The notes under the pieces are model-generated. The model searched no databases. It was not told where the DNA came from and was given only the letters and a program-made list of their open reading frames with translations. Shown here piece after piece: positions 1 to 13,212 of a stretch of 64,000 nucleotides of DNA. The first letter of the stretch is position 1, and each line of letters begins with the position of its first letter. This stretch comes from Octopus vulgaris. Its lineage: Eukaryota. The DNA is taken from NCBI GenBank assembly GCA_951406725.2, contig OX597822.1, positions 24,056,001-24,120,000 on the forward strand, written 5' to 3'. Both the position numbers and the translations under genes were made by a program.

Positions 1-369
1 CAATTGTTCATGTTATAATTTAGTCATTCCCAGAGTCGAGCAGATCCACGATCAAAGCCATGGAAACCATGACCGATTCCTGTCATTTGGTGTATCTGGG
101 ACTACATTATTATACAATCGAGCTGGTTTGATATGGGTAAAAGAACACGACAGAATTGAAAAAAAAAGAAGAAAAAAAACAAAGAAAGAAAGAAAAAACA
201 AAACATGATGCGGCATGCGTGCATGGTTGAAAAGGTTGATATAAATTAATGATGTAGAATAGTTGCAAGCGAAAGATAGGTCTTGGAATGATGTGGTTAG
301 ATCAAACCTTAAAAAGTTGGATTGCAAAGATAAAATGATGTAGTATTAAAATGCATGAAAGGATAGTGG

Positions 370-710
370 GGGTGGGGGAAGGGGTGATAGTTGTAATGGT
401 GGTGGTGATGGTGGTGGTGATGGTGGTGGTGATAGTTGTGGTGATAGTGGTGGTGATGATGGTGGTGATAGTGGTGGTGATAGTGTTGGTGATGATGGTG
501 GTGATGGTGGTGGTGATGGTGGTGGTGATGGTGGTGGTGATGGTGGTGGTGATGGTGGTGGTGATAATGGTGGTGATAGTGGTGGTGATGGTGGTGGTGA
601 TGGTGATGGTAATGAGTGTGGCGGTATTAGTAGTGGTAGTAGGAGTAGTGGTTGTGGTAGCGGTAGCAGTGGTGGTAGTAGCAGTGATGGTGTAGGTAGT
701 GGTGGTAGCC
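370..710 (+). repeat. degenerate (GGT/GAT)n trinucleotide tract
   Basis: Visible tandem GGTGGTGAT units. Source of the poly-V/M and poly-T ORFs. Confidence 0.95.
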
Positions 711-779
711 CGGGTATACTGCAGACCCACCCAAATTATGGAAGCATGGAAAAAAGAGCATTAAAGGATGCTTATGTGG

Positions 780-1604
780 GTGCACGTGTCATGCGTTTGC
801 TTGTGCATGTCAGTGTGTGTGTGTGTGTGTGGGTTGTATGCATGATTATGCATGAGTGTATCTGTGGTATATAAGTGTGTGTGTGTGTGTGTATGTGTGT
901 GTGTGTGTGTGTATGTGTGTGTGTGTGTGTGCATATATGGTTATGTCGGCACATGTGGGATATAAATGTACATGTATGCTTGTGTGAGTGTGTCTGGTTT
1001 ATAAGTGTGTGTATGTGCACACATATTTTATGTATGTGTTTGGATGCTTGTGTGTGTGTCTGTGTGTGTGTATAAATGCATGAATGGCCATGTGTGCACA
1101 TGTGGGTATAAATGCATGTATGGTTTAGTGAGTGGGAGGGTATATATGTGTATGTGTGTGTGTGGTTATGTGAGTGCATGTCTACATATATATGTGTGTG
1201 AGAAGGTATATGTATGTGGAGAGGTACGCGTGTATGTAAGCTTAAATACTTGTGTAGTTATGTGTGTATGTCTATATGTATGTGCATACACACACACACA
1301 CACACAAACAAACACCACACACGTAATGAGAATGTGTGTGTGTGTGTGGAGTGGGGGAGTATCTGTGACGATAACAAGCCGGGAAGTTTATTGATTAGGT
1401 TTTTTTTTTGCGTTTTTTTTTACTATTGTTTTTCTATTTGATTATTAATTTATTTTGCTTATTCTTTTTCTTCAACTTAACTCGATGCAAATAAATAAAT
1501 ATATACTGCGTCCACACACAAACGTACACATATATCTACACCCAAACACACACATATATCTATATCTATATATCTATATATGTATATACATGCATATATA
1601 TATA

Positions 1605-1673
<69 letters not shown>

Positions 1674-1937
1674 GCACACATATAAACATATATATATATA
1701 TACACACACATATATATATATATAAATATATATACACAAACATATAAACACACACACATATATATTTATATACATACAAACACACACACATACATACACA
1801 GAATATATGTATGTATATATACGTATATAGGAAGTACAGAAGTACTGACATAAATACATATATAAGTATATACATATATATTTACACACACACACATATA
1901 TCTCTATGCATAAATGTATATACTCACACACGCATAT

Positions 1938-1990
<53 letters not shown>

Positions 1991-2010
1991 AACACACATG
2001 CACATACATA
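780..2010. repeat. (TG)n/(TA)n/(CA)n compound microsatellites
   Basis: Directly visible dinucleotide runs. Confidence 0.95.
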
Positions 2011-2647
2011 TGATAGCTGATAGGTCATGTCGACATCAGTAACATACTATAGACAAAAACATCCTTTCAGCAAATATTCAAAGAGGAAAACAAAAAAAAA
2101 TAAATCCACAAAAACAGCAAAAATAAACCTTCTGTAACCTCTCCATCTCCACCCCTTCTTAATTCCCACCCCACTACCTTCCTCTTTAACTCAATCACAT
2201 ACTTTCTTTCTATCTATTTATCTATTTATCTCTAAATACAGCAGATACAGAAAAGAACTTTTCTTTTCCGTTTCCCCTTTTATTTTCTTCCCTTTTTTTT
2301 TTGTTTTTTGTTTGGCATTCACAGAAAAAAAAACCCCAAAACAAAAGCAAAAAAACAGAATCTAAATAAATGCAAGGATTTGGAGGTTTCATGTTGTGAC
2401 AATGTGCCAAAGAGGTGAAAGATGTTTGAAAATAATACAGGACAAAATGTCATGAATGAAGGAAAAGTCACTGAGGGTATCCCTAGTTGCTGTTCCTGTC
2501 CCTGATATGTGTAAGCACCACCTCCGACTCCAAACTATAATGAACTCATGTAATATATATACAGCGAGTGGGTAAGGAAGGCAGTTTAAACAACAATTAA
2601 AATATGGAAGACCAGAAGTCTCAAAGTGAATTGAACTTAGATGATGA

Positions 2648-3058
2648 GGCGCAGGCATGACTGTGTGGTAAGAAGCTTGCTTCCCAACCATATGGTTCCA
2701 GGTTCAGTCCCTCTGCATGGCATCTTGGGCAAGTGTCATCTACTATAGCCTCAGGCCAAGCAAAGCTTTGTGAGTGAATTTGGTAGACAGAAACTGAAAG
2801 AAGCCTGTTATCTGTGTGTGTGTGTGTGTGTGTGTCTGTGTATCTGTGTCTGTGTTTGTCCCCCACCTCACAACTTGACAACCAGTATTAGGTTGTTTAC
2901 ATCCCTGGTAACTTAGTAGTTTGGCAAAAGAGATTGAAAGAATAAGTAGCAAGTTTTAAAATAAAGCATTGGGGTCGATTCATTCAACTAAATATTCTTC
3001 AAGACGATGCCCCAGCATGGCCATAGTCTAATGGCTGAAACAAGTAAACAATAAAAGA
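2648..3058 (+). mobile_element. tRNA-derived SINE family B (CORE-like), near full length
   Basis: A-box-like TGACTGTGTGG, B-box-like GGTTCAGTCC, CORE-like CTTGGGCAAGTGTC, internal (TG)n, tail CCAGCATGGCC..TGAAACAAGTAAA. Similar to many other copies in the window. Confidence 0.85.
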
Positions 3059-3835
3059 AGATTCTTTTATAACAAGACTAAGAAATAGATATGTTGTGAC
3101 GTCTAAGAGTTATAAAGCCAGAGCTTAACCTTGGTTTCAATGGTGTGGGAGTGACAGAGATTACAAGACTTATCTCCTGAATGGGATGCTAGTCCATTGT
3201 AGTGTTAACTTCCTAGTTATTGCCAGAACTTATTTTTGTGGCTGCCTGGATTGAAGTGATGTCAAATGAAGTGTTTTGTTGAAGAGTGCAATGCATCACC
3301 CAGTCTGAGAATTGAAACCATGTTCTTAACTCCAACCAATATGTCACATGTAATAAAGACTAAAAAAAATAAAAAATAAAATCGATATGCAAAAAAAAAT
3401 GTGAAAAATACAAAGAAATAAGTGCTTTTTCTTTGTTGCATTTATTTATTAATTTAATTTTTCTTTTTTGTAGTTTTTCTCAAATTGCAAGTAAATTAAA
3501 TAAATTTTCTTCAAGAAGTGTTATTTTGGGAATCAGAAAACAAAATAAATGCTTTTACAAGTTGAAACTTGATTTGATTATTTCATTACTTAGAAAGATA
3601 ACCATCTGAGTAGTATACTATGAAAATCTTGGAGCAGGATTTTCTTATCTAACTGAAAGTTTCAAGAATCTAATGCTTCTTTTGAAAGAAAGCAAGGCTG
3701 TGTGGTTAAGAAGTTTTGCTTCCCAGCCATGTGGTTTTAAGTTCAGTCCCATTGAATAGTACTTAAGGCAAGTGTTTTCTATAATAGCCCCTGGCCAACC
3801 AAAGCTTTGTGAGTGAATTTAGTCAACTGAAACAA

Positions 3836-4075
3836 GGCGATGAGCTGGCAGAAACATTAGCACACCGGGTGAAATGCTTAGTGGTATTTCATCTGCCGTT
3901 ACATTCTGAGTTCAAATTCTGCTGAGGTCAACTTTGCCTTTCATCCTTTTGGGGCTGATAAATTAAGTACCAGTTACGCACTGGGGTTGATGTAATCAAC
4001 TTAATCCCTTTGACTGTCCTTGTTTGTCCCCGCTATGTTTAGCCCCTTGTGGGCAATAAAGAAATGAGAAATAAG
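3836..4075 (+). mobile_element. SINE family A nested inside a family B copy
   Basis: GAGCTGGCAGAAAC..GAGTTCAAATTC..GCCTTTCATCCTTT..AAAGAAAT. Flanked by an imperfect duplication AACTGAAA(C/G)AA that splits the family B copy at 3692-4092. Confidence 0.85.
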
Positions 4076-4104
4076 AAACTGAAAGAAGCCCTTTGTATAT
4101 TAAA

Positions 4105-4300
4105 ACAGGATCAAAGGCCCTTCTTGAGCCATAGGCTCAGAAGGCTGGTTTCCCAGGTTCTGTGGCACATATATATTCCCTACCTGAATGGGACACTAGT
4201 CCATCGCAGGATTACTCATTTTTTTGTCAGCAATGTGAAATGAAGTGTTTTGCTCAAGAACTCAATGCACCACCTGATCCAGAAACTGGAACCACAATCT
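4105..4300 (-). mobile_element. SINE family D-related copy (internally deleted)
   Basis: Reverse complement contains TTCTTGAGCAAAACACTTCATTTCACATTGC, shared with 6290-6470 and 12768-13090. Confidence 0.65.
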
Positions 4301-4691
4301 TATACACACACACACATATAAATGCATTTAGCATCATCCTCATCATTGTTTTAACATTGACTTTTCAATGCTCAAAGACAATATTCAATGAAGCAAATTT
4401 TCTATGGCTGGATGCCCTTCCTGTTGCTAACCATCACCTGTTTCAGAGTTAGGTAATATTTCCCCTTGGGCAAAAACACATACACACACCAAAGAAAGTA
4501 CAGCTCTAATTTCATATACATATACTTATAAAATGGAAACGAACACCATTCTCCCAAGTGATCAGTTTGAAACATTGTTAACGTATTAAGATATTTTCTT
4601 AACATGAAACCAATGGTAGCCTAATATGCAAATAAAGAATCTTTATTCCTCAATGTGGTGTTGAGCACTCATTCTCATTGTTTGACATTTA

Positions 4692-5072
4692 CGCAGGCAT
4701 GGCTGTGTGGTAAGAAGCTTGCTTCCCAACCACATGGATCTGGGTTCAGTTCCACTGCATGGCACCTTGGCTAAATGTCTTCTACTATAACCTGGGGCCG
4801 ATCAAAGCCTTGTGAGTGCATTTGGTAGACGGAAACTGAAAGAAGCCTGTCATATATTTATATATGCATATATCTATATGTGTGTGTCTTTGTGTCTGTG
4901 TTTGTCCCCACCCCCATTCATTGTTCAGCAACCGGTGTAGGTTTGTTTACATCTCTGAGAGAAAAAGTATTAGGCTAAAAAAATAAGTGCTGGGGTTGAA
5001 TTGTTCAGCAAAAGTACTTCAAGGTGCTCCAGCATGGCCACAATCAAATGACTGAAACAAGTAAAAGGATAA

Positions 5073-5075
<3 letters not shown>
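4692..5075 (+). mobile_element. SINE family B, near full length
   Basis: Same head, CORE-like segment and tail as 2648-3058. Confidence 0.85.
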
Positions 5076-5107
<32 letters not shown>

Positions 5108-5584
5108 ACAGCTGCATCATAGTTTCTAGTTACTAAATTCCATTAATAAGATATTAATTGATCTGAAGACAAGGCAAGAGACGCTGAAGATGCTGGGATC
5201 AAACCTGAAATAACATGATTGAATTTCTTAGACTACACAGCTTTGCGTACCACAGAACTACTACAACAAGGGAATCATGCTGAAGATAAAAATAATCTTG
5301 GAATAAAACAGCCTCAGGAAGAAGAGAACTAGCTTTTCCTCTGACTTTGCTCAGCTTATGATACTTTTGTGAAAGCAGGTTGCACTTGCATATCAAATAT
5401 GATATTTATATAATTGAATGTAGATATTCTTGTGATAAAGTTTTAATTAAAATGTCACTCAGAAACTTTATGTTACGGAGAGGTAGAAGGGAAAGAAAAT
5501 CAATCGTGTGTGTGTATGTGTGTGAGGAAGAGAGAGAGAAAGAGAGAGAGAGAATGATAGTAAAAAGGAGACAGAGAGAGAGGG

Positions 5585-5615
<31 letters not shown>

Positions 5616-5942
5616 CAGGGTATGCTTGTATGTGTGTACAGGGCATGTGTGAGAAAAAAAGACTGAGGAATAAGATTACAAATGGTCATATTAATACTAT
5701 GTGAAATATAAATAGATTTGTGTGTGTGTGTGTGTGTATGTGGGTGTGTCTGCACATATGCATGTGTGTGTGTGTGTTGTGTATGTATGCATATGTGCAT
5801 GTCTATATAAAATTACAACTATGCAGATACACAATATGCATACATATGTATATCTATTTTTACATATAGATATATTTATACTCTACCTATATACCCAGAT
5901 ACATATATATATATGCGTGGATAGATAAATACAGATATCACC

Positions 5943-6470
5943 ATCATCGTCGTTTTACGTCCGCTTTCCATGCTGGCATGGGTTGGATGGTTCGACTGGG
6001 GTCTGGGAAGCCAGAAGGCTGCACCAGGTTCCAGTCTGATCTGGCAATGTTTCTACAACTGGATGCCCTTCCTAACGCCAATCATTCCGAGATTGTAGTG
6101 GGATTGTACCTAGAAAGTTACCCTCCGAGGTACAAGTCTGGGCAAGGTTGTTTATGGCAGGCCAGCAGTCACCCATGCATACCGGCCTCTTCTCTCCACA
6201 CCACTGATCAGATTGGAGCCTGATGCAGCCCTCTGGCTTGCCAGCCACCAGTCAAACCGTCAAACCGCCAGTCAAACCAAGGGAAAAGCAAAGGCTGATA
6301 TAGCTTGGCACCAGTGATGTTGCAACTCATTTCTACAGCTGAGTGAACTGGGAAGATGTGAAATAAAGTGTCTTGCTCAAGAACACAAAACACAGCCCGG
6401 TCCGGGAATCAAACTCACAACCTCATGATCGTAAGCTGGCCCTCTAACCACTGAGTCATGTGCCTTCACA
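5943..6470 (-). mobile_element. interleaved SINE pieces: family E (RTE-like tail, (GAT)n end) and family D
   Basis: Reverse complement gives AGGAAGGGCATCCAG..CCAACCCATGCCAGCATGGAAAGCGGACG, plus a tRNA-like head TGACTCAGTGGTTAGAG..GAGTTTGATTCCCGG at 6400-6470. Confidence 0.8.
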
Positions 6471-7021
6471 CCATCAGTTACTACTATAATCTGAACTACA
6501 TAAGTGTCAACCCAAGGAGGGGTCTATTATTTCATTTGTTTTTTTTATACATGTTGTCAAAAGTTAATTTAGAAAATACATATTTGGGAATGAATTGTGA
6601 AATTGATTTCATCTGCAAAATACTTCTCTCTCTCTCTCTCTCTGCCAAATTTAGAACCACCAAGAGATATTCTGAGATCTGCACAATATTCCCTGGCGGA
6701 ACACCAACCAAACCATATTTTTCTCCATTGCAAATTCTTCTGGCTGTTGCCAAAGAGAAGAAGAAATTTGTCAGCCATTATTCAGTTTCTTTCTTTTTGT
6801 TTAATTGTTAATTTCTTTTTGTTTTATTTTTTTTCTAATTTTCTTCATTTATTATTTTTGGTTTTTACATGAGGGCTAGGAGTGAGGGTCAAGCACTTGT
6901 TCTTAGTGTTTTTTCATCTTCTTCATTTCCTTCGTAGCAGCAGTATCTTCGCCACCTTCATGTTAGCATTTTCCCTCGTTGCTTAGCACTTTCATCTTTG
7001 TAATAATAGTATAAAAGAAAA

Positions 7022-7190
7022 TAGTGATGATGGTGGTGATGACGATGATGATGATAAAGATGATGATGATGATGATAAAGACGATGATGATGATAAAGAT
7101 GATGATGATGATAAAGACGATGATGATGATAAAGATGATGATGATGATAAAGATGATGATGATGATAAAGATGATGATGATGACGACGAA
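7022..7190 (+). repeat. (GAT)n tract with recurring GATAAA
   Basis: Directly visible, followed by a GA-rich tract at 7200-7700. Confidence 0.95.
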
Positions 7191-7751
7191 AAGGAAGAAT
7201 GGTATGAGAAGGAGAGATAGAGAGAGAAAGGGAGTAGAGAATAAAGAAGAGAAGAATCAGGAATAAAGGAGAGAAAAGTGAAAGAAAGATAAACCAAAAC
7301 AGAGAGAGAAAGAGAGAGATAAAAGAATAGAGAGGGGGAAAGGAGGAGAGACTATCAGAGATAGAGAAAGGAAGAGAGAGAAAAGAGAGAGTAAGAAACA
7401 GATAGAGAAAAGGAATCGAGAAGGAGAGTGAAGAAGTGAGAGAAAGAGAGGGGGAGGAGAGAGGGAGAGTGAAAGAATAAGCCTACTTCTCTTGTTAGCT
7501 AATATTTTTGCAAGAAAGAATATCAGAAATATTTAAATTGGGAAAGAGAGTGAGAGGGAAAGGGAGAGAAAGATCAGATAAAGGGCAAGGAAGAGAGAAG
7601 GAGAGAGAGAGGGAGAGTGGAGCAAGAGTGGGAGAGGACTAAAGAGAAAAAGACAGTAACAGAGAGAGAGAGAGAGAGAGAGAAAAGACAGACAGAGGAA
7701 GGGACTACATGTATGTATATACATATATAAACATACATATGACATATGTGT

Positions 7752-7788
<37 letters not shown>

Positions 7789-8008
7789 TGTTTGTTTGTG
7801 TGTGTGTGTTCTATTCATTTAATCGTTTCACTCAATAACCAGCCTTGAAGGGTTTTGGTCAATCATGGTCGGATACTTATTTTATTGATCTCTTCAGAAA
7901 TCATCAAAGACAATGTATTATAATAAAGGAAAGAAATATCGGTAACTGACAGGTATAGGCACATGATTGAACACTGAAATGGCAATTTCTTACTAAAACC
8001 ACATTTAA

Positions 8009-8224
8009 CACTTTTGATACCAACATGCCGGAGACTGCCTCTGGTTCTTTGAGACAAACTACTTGTTTTGAACTGATATAGATTAAAACCTTCCGCCAAA
8101 ATTTCCTGTTAATTTATGCTCCACATGTCACTTAAACGTGACAGTTATTTTACTAAATTCTTTATTCTCAAAATTAATTAAAACACATGATGGGTATGTC
8201 AACAGAAATATGGTACCAAAAGGG
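8009..8224. mobile_element. piggyBac-type MITE (degenerate)
   Basis: TTAA|CACTTTTGATACCA ... TGGTACCAAAAGGG|TT termini. The internal part recurs inverted at about 39270-39410. Confidence 0.55.
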
Positions 8225-8284
8225 TTGTGTGAACGCGCACGCACATGTGTGTATGTGCATGAGTGTGCCTATTTATTTATTTAT

Positions 8285-8512
8285 TTATTTACTACCCACA
8301 AGGAGCTAAACACAGAGAGGACAAACAAGGACAGAAAAACGGGTTAAGTTGATTATATCAACCCCAGTGCATAACTGGTACTTATTTAATTGACCCCGAA
8401 AGGATGAAAGTCAAAGTCGACCTTGGCAGAATTTGAACTCAGAACGTAGTGGCAGACGAAATACTGCCAAGCATTTCGCCCAGTGTGCTAAAATTTCTGC
8501 CAGCTCACCGCC
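8285..8512 (-). mobile_element. SINE family A, full length
   Basis: Reverse complement of the family A sequence. Confidence 0.9.
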
Positions 8513-8683
8513 TATTTATTTGTCTTCAGATTGACTCAGAAATGACCATAATTATGAATGAATGAGGAGACGCAAAATCTGCAAGTTGCAGTGCAGACAA
8601 GCCACCTAAAAGACCAGTAACTCTGAAATAAAACTGATGCAGGGCAGAACAATTGTAGTTCTGATTTCTGGCACAGACAATTC

Positions 8684-8938
8684 CAATGAGTCTCAACTAG
8701 GGCCCATATGACCCATGGGGGTCCATGTAAGATTTTATTGCTAGAATTTGTTAGGTGTAGTAAACTGGTTATGTTTCTCCCATACACAATATTTTAGTAA
8801 TTTTTTTAATGCAATTCCTAATATTTAAACAAAAACATAATAGGATATTTTAGACATCAAGTGGCTATGAGGGGAACCTTCCATGAGTAAAATAGGAATC
8901 AAAGGGGTCCATAGGCAAAAAATGGTTGAGAACTACAG
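8684..8938. mobile_element. hAT (Charlie-like) MITE, degenerate
   Basis: Ends CAATGAGTCTCAACT ... GGTTGAGAACTACAG resemble CAGTGGTTCTCAACC terminal inverted repeats (TIRs), with GGGGTCC subterminal motifs. Confidence 0.55.
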
Positions 8939-8943
8939 CTCTA

Positions 8944-9164
8944 TGAGGGGGTGCTGCAAAAGTTCCTGGTTTTAAGGATATTGCAAAAGGCTTGGCAGGA
9001 GGCCCAATCTTCCAAGTTCTTTTATAAGGCTTTGAAAAACTGAAGGACTACTGCAATAAGTGAGTGAATCTGAGAGGGGAATATGTTGAATAGAATCCTA
9101 ATTAACTGATCCTCCTGCATTTTTTTTTTTTGCTTGAACCCAGGAACTTTTGAGCAGCCCCTTG
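8944..9164 (+). mobile_element. non-autonomous mariner element
   Basis: TA|TGAGGGGGTGCTGCAAAAGTTCCTGG ... CCAGGAACTTTTGAGCAGCCCCTTG|TA inverted termini with TA flanks. Confidence 0.75.
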
Positions 9165-9547
9165 TAGAGCCATTGATATGATAAAAGGTACCCAATCCTT
9201 GCTCTAAAGTGGTTGGCAACAGAAAGTGCATTCAGCTGTAAAAATGAAATAAACATATGCCAAAATACATAACATGCCCACCAACAAATGCTGGTGTTTT
9301 GCCTTTGTTGCAGTGGCTGCTCAATGATGAAGGACTGCAGCAGAATGTGGAGATGCTGTGTAACCCAGCCAACTCATGTCAACATGACAAAATGGACATT
9401 TGATGATGGTCATGTATGCAGAAATGTATATGTTAGTGAGTATTTGTGTGTAATGTATGTATGTATGTATGTATGCAAGTATTGACTGATGGATGGATGT
9501 GCATATCATTACATGATTGTGTGTGTGTGTGTGTTTGTGTATTTATT

Positions 9548-9943
9548 TATTTCTTTATGCCCACAGGGGGCTAAACAAGGATAGACAAAGGGATTAAGTC
9601 GATTACATTGACCCCAGTGCTTAACTGGTACTTACTTAATCGACCCTGAAAGGATGAAAGGCAAAGTCGACCTCGGCGGAATTTGAACTCAGAACATAAC
9701 AGCAGACGAAATAACTATTTCTTTACTACCCACAAGGAGCTAAACACAGAGAGGACAAACAAGGACATATGGATTAAGTCGATTACATCAACCCCAGGGC
9801 ATAACTGGTCTTTAATTTATTGACCCTGAAAGGATGAAAGGCAAAGTCGACCTCGGTGGAATTTGAACTCAGAACATAACAGCAGACAAAATACCGCTAA
9901 GCATTTCGCCTGGCATGCTAACGATTCTGTCAGCTCACCAGCC
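9548..9943 (-). mobile_element. SINE family A tandem dimer
   Basis: Full monomer 9716-9943 joined to a head-less second monomer 9548-9715. Confidence 0.9.
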
Positions 9944-10137
9944 TTTTGAGTATATGTATTGACCAATGTGTGTGTGTAGGAGCAAGTATAGCAGAGAAAA
10001 TAAAAGAATGGAACTAAATACCAATGATACTGCTTTTCATCATCCAAAAATAGTGTAAATGCAAACACAAACATATATATATATATATATACACCCAAAT
10101 ATAAAATTATTACATGTATGTACGTATATATGTGTGT

Positions 10138-10173
<36 letters not shown>

Positions 10174-10184
10174 CATTTGCCATT

Positions 10185-10327
10185 TACTTCTGATGAGGGT
10201 AGCCTGGCTTCATTTAATAGATCCATAAAAATTTATCTTATATACACTTATGACATCATAGGTATGTACTATGTATGAATGTGATTACAACATAAGCCAT
10301 GGTTCATCCGAAACAGCTGTCAAGATA
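10185..10327 (+). ncRNA. type I minimal hammerhead ribozyme motif (Penelope-type) with long stem II
   Basis: CTT-CTGATGA (10190-10196), stem II GGGTAGCCTGGCTT...AAGCCATGGTTCATCC, then GAAA (10310-10313) C-AGCT-G-TC^AAG. Confidence 0.6.
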
Positions 10328-11624
10328 AGACTATTATGTAACTCCTCCATTTACTTTGTTCCTTTAGTCTGTTCTCTGTAATTTGTAATTCCGTGTGAAT
10401 ATATGCATTAAGCATACATGTGTTTATCTGCCTTTCTCCTTATGTATGTGTGCATGTGTGTGTGAGTGTGTGTGTGTGTGTGTATGTGTGTGTGTGTGTC
10501 TATGTATCTTTCTCCCTCGCCTACACTTCTTGCTGCTATTTAGCCATAGTCCACTCTCATCTAGTCATGACCATTCCATCAAGTTCTCTACTTTTTTTTA
10601 ATATTTTCTCAGGGCAGGCCTATATCTAGAACCATATTATTCAATATGATAATATCGCCTTCATCTTTTCTTTCTTTTTTTTCATTGTTTTACTTATAAG
10701 ACAATACAGTGTAATTTGAAGAAAACATAGCTACTATTTCTAGCAAGTCAGGAGGTAATCTGGAGACTTGAACCATATCAGCTTGTCCCACTTAGGAACA
10801 CATATACAGGAATGGCTCAAACACAAGATTGGAAGTGCATATAGGTTACAAACAGTATCATTTATCTTCCACAAAAGACACAGAATAATGCCTACTAGCA
10901 GAAGTAGAAGAAGACAGATCACACACATACGCACACATACACATACGCACACATACACACCCATACACATATGCTTGCACACGTTATCAATTCATTTACA
11001 CGGGCCAAGAATCTGGCATACTATCAACTAAATTGCTGCTCCTTCTTGTGTAAGCTTAACCAGAGACGCATATAAGACATATATATAGATGCTTATGTAG
11101 ATGTTAAGAGTTATGAATAGATAATGGGAAAGAAAAAAAAAAGAAGAAATATTGCTTTGTAAGTTCTTGCTAGATGAGTAAAGAGAATTCCACTACAAGA
11201 CATAACATGTCCTTTATATGTGCATACACACACACACACATACACACATTACCACTGCCGTCACCATCACTTTTGCCACCGTCATCACCATCATGATCGT
11301 TATTACCATTATTTAATGGATATATTCCATATTCCAACGTTTGACGAAATCCAATGGGTCTAAGGACTGCATAATACTCCAGTGTCTGCTTCGACAGGGT
11401 TTCTACAGCTGGATGCCCTTCATAATGCCAGCACATACTGGGTGCATTTTTGTTTGTTTATTTATTTTTTTTTTTGCACCTCCAGCACTAGTGAGGACGC
11501 CATGCAGCTAGCAAGATTATGAACCTTGGGGAGCATGAAGTGGAGGAGAAAATGAAAGAGAAAATATGAACTGTGTTACTTTTGTTATTTAGCTGTAGGT
11601 CATCCCTGACTAAATAAGTTTATT

Positions 11625-11875
11625 ATTACCTCTGCCTTACTGGAGGTATTCTTTTCAGTCATATTTGTTTATTTGTTTGTCCGTGGACAAGATATCTCAA
11701 GAACCACTGGATGGATTCAAATGAAACTTTCAGGGATGTTTGGCCTCATGACTGGCACAAACTGATTAGATTTTGGGATCAATCCAGTACCAATTTTGGA
11801 TTATTTTTCCTGCTTTTTCTTTACCTCCACCTTAGCTAAGGCAGGGGTATTGTTTTCAGTCATGTTTGTTTGTCT
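11625..11875 (+). mobile_element. Helentron-associated (HINE/DINE-1-like) non-autonomous element, two tandem heads
   Basis: Palindromic heads TACCTCTGCCTTACTGGAGGTA and TACCTCCACCTTAGCTAAGGCAGGGGTA, each followed by TTTTCAGTCAT-(GTTT)n, with internal GGATTCAAATGAAACTTT. Confidence 0.55.
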
Positions 11876-12767
11876 GACTTCCTACGCAACCGCTGAGCCT
11901 GGATGCGCATTCATCCATCCGTCGATGCTCTCGGTGTCGGGGGTTGACCTGCTTTCTCTTCTGCGAGTCTTACGAGTAGCAAAGGACCACATTTCGGACT
12001 TCTCCCATCTTGCGATCTCTGGGACGAAGACCGTTCACTCAACAGCAACAGCAGCAATAGCAGGATCAGTAGTGGTAATAACAGTAATTGTGATGTGGAG
12101 TATGAGGACATAAAGATGATCAAACCATAAATCAATGTGATATTTAGAAAGGAAAATCTAAAACAGAACTGCGAAGGCGAAAGAAAAGTTGGTTGTCTTG
12201 TCTGTGTAATGAAATGAAATTAAGCTAACATCTTCTGTGTGTATAGTAAATATTGCAATTATTTTTCTTAGCAATTAGTGTACTGAAATTATTTTCCATA
12301 GCAATTAGTGTACATTCTCACAAAAGTCAAAAGAACAATCTAGGAAAGAAACAAAATACTACCACCACCACCACTACACACACACACACACACATATATA
12401 CAAACTAAAAATAATAAAAATCACACATTTAATGCAAAACGCAAACAAAAAACTTTTTAAAATACCAATATTCATAGAAAAATAACTTGAACTGACAAGG
12501 CATTATAAAACGTGTGTGTGTTTGTTGGTTTGTCTTATTCACTTAAAAAGTGTTTGTTAGTTATTTATTTGATTTTTTTGTTTGTTTATTTTCTTCTTTT
12601 ATTTCTTCTTTGTATTCCTGTTTTGTTTTTTTGTTTGTATAACGAAGAAATTTTCATTATTGTGATTAATAAACAAACATGACTGTACAAAAAGTGCTGG
12701 GTTTGCAAGGTTGGCACAAAGTAATGTTCAGCCCAAGGCACACTTTGCTTAGCAATACTACTTCTAG

Positions 12768-13090
12768 AGGCACATGGCTTAGTGGTTAGAGTATTCGGCT
12801 CATGATCATAAGGTCACGAGTTCAATTCCTCACAACGTGTTGTGTCCTTGAGCAAGACACTTTATTTCACATTGCTTCAGTTCACTCAGCTAGCAATAAT
12901 GAGTAATGCCTGTACTTCAAAGGGGCCAGCCTTGTCACATTCTGTGTCACACTGAATCTCCATGAGAATTATGTTAAGAGTACATGTCTCTGTGGAGTAC
13001 TCAGCCACATGCATGTTAATTTCATGAACAGGCTGTCCTGTTGATTGGATCAACTGGAGCACTTGTCATCAGAACCAATAGAGTGCCAGT
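12768..13090 (+). mobile_element. tRNA-derived SINE family D, alternative tail
   Basis: TGGCTTAGTGG A box, GAGTTCAATTCC B box, TCCTTGAGCAAGACACTTTATTTCAC. The tail is shared (inverted) with 48330-48535. Confidence 0.8.
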
Positions 13091-13212
13091 TACTACTTCT
13101 ATACTGCATTAATAAAATGTTTTTACCTCTTCCTCCCCACTCTCTCTCTCTCTCTCTCTCTGTATCTCTCTCTTTCTCATCAAACAAAGAAATATACATA
13201 CCTCTGTACTGC

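Noticed and set aside
302-2020. Long ORFs (poly-T, poly-V, YI/CV/HT-rich), here and throughout the ORF track
   Set aside because: They are translations of di- and trinucleotide microsatellites, with no splice or homology support.
6490-6810. Overlapping ORFs in unique sequence as a host exon
   Set aside because: No recognisable protein in any frame and no convincing donor site.
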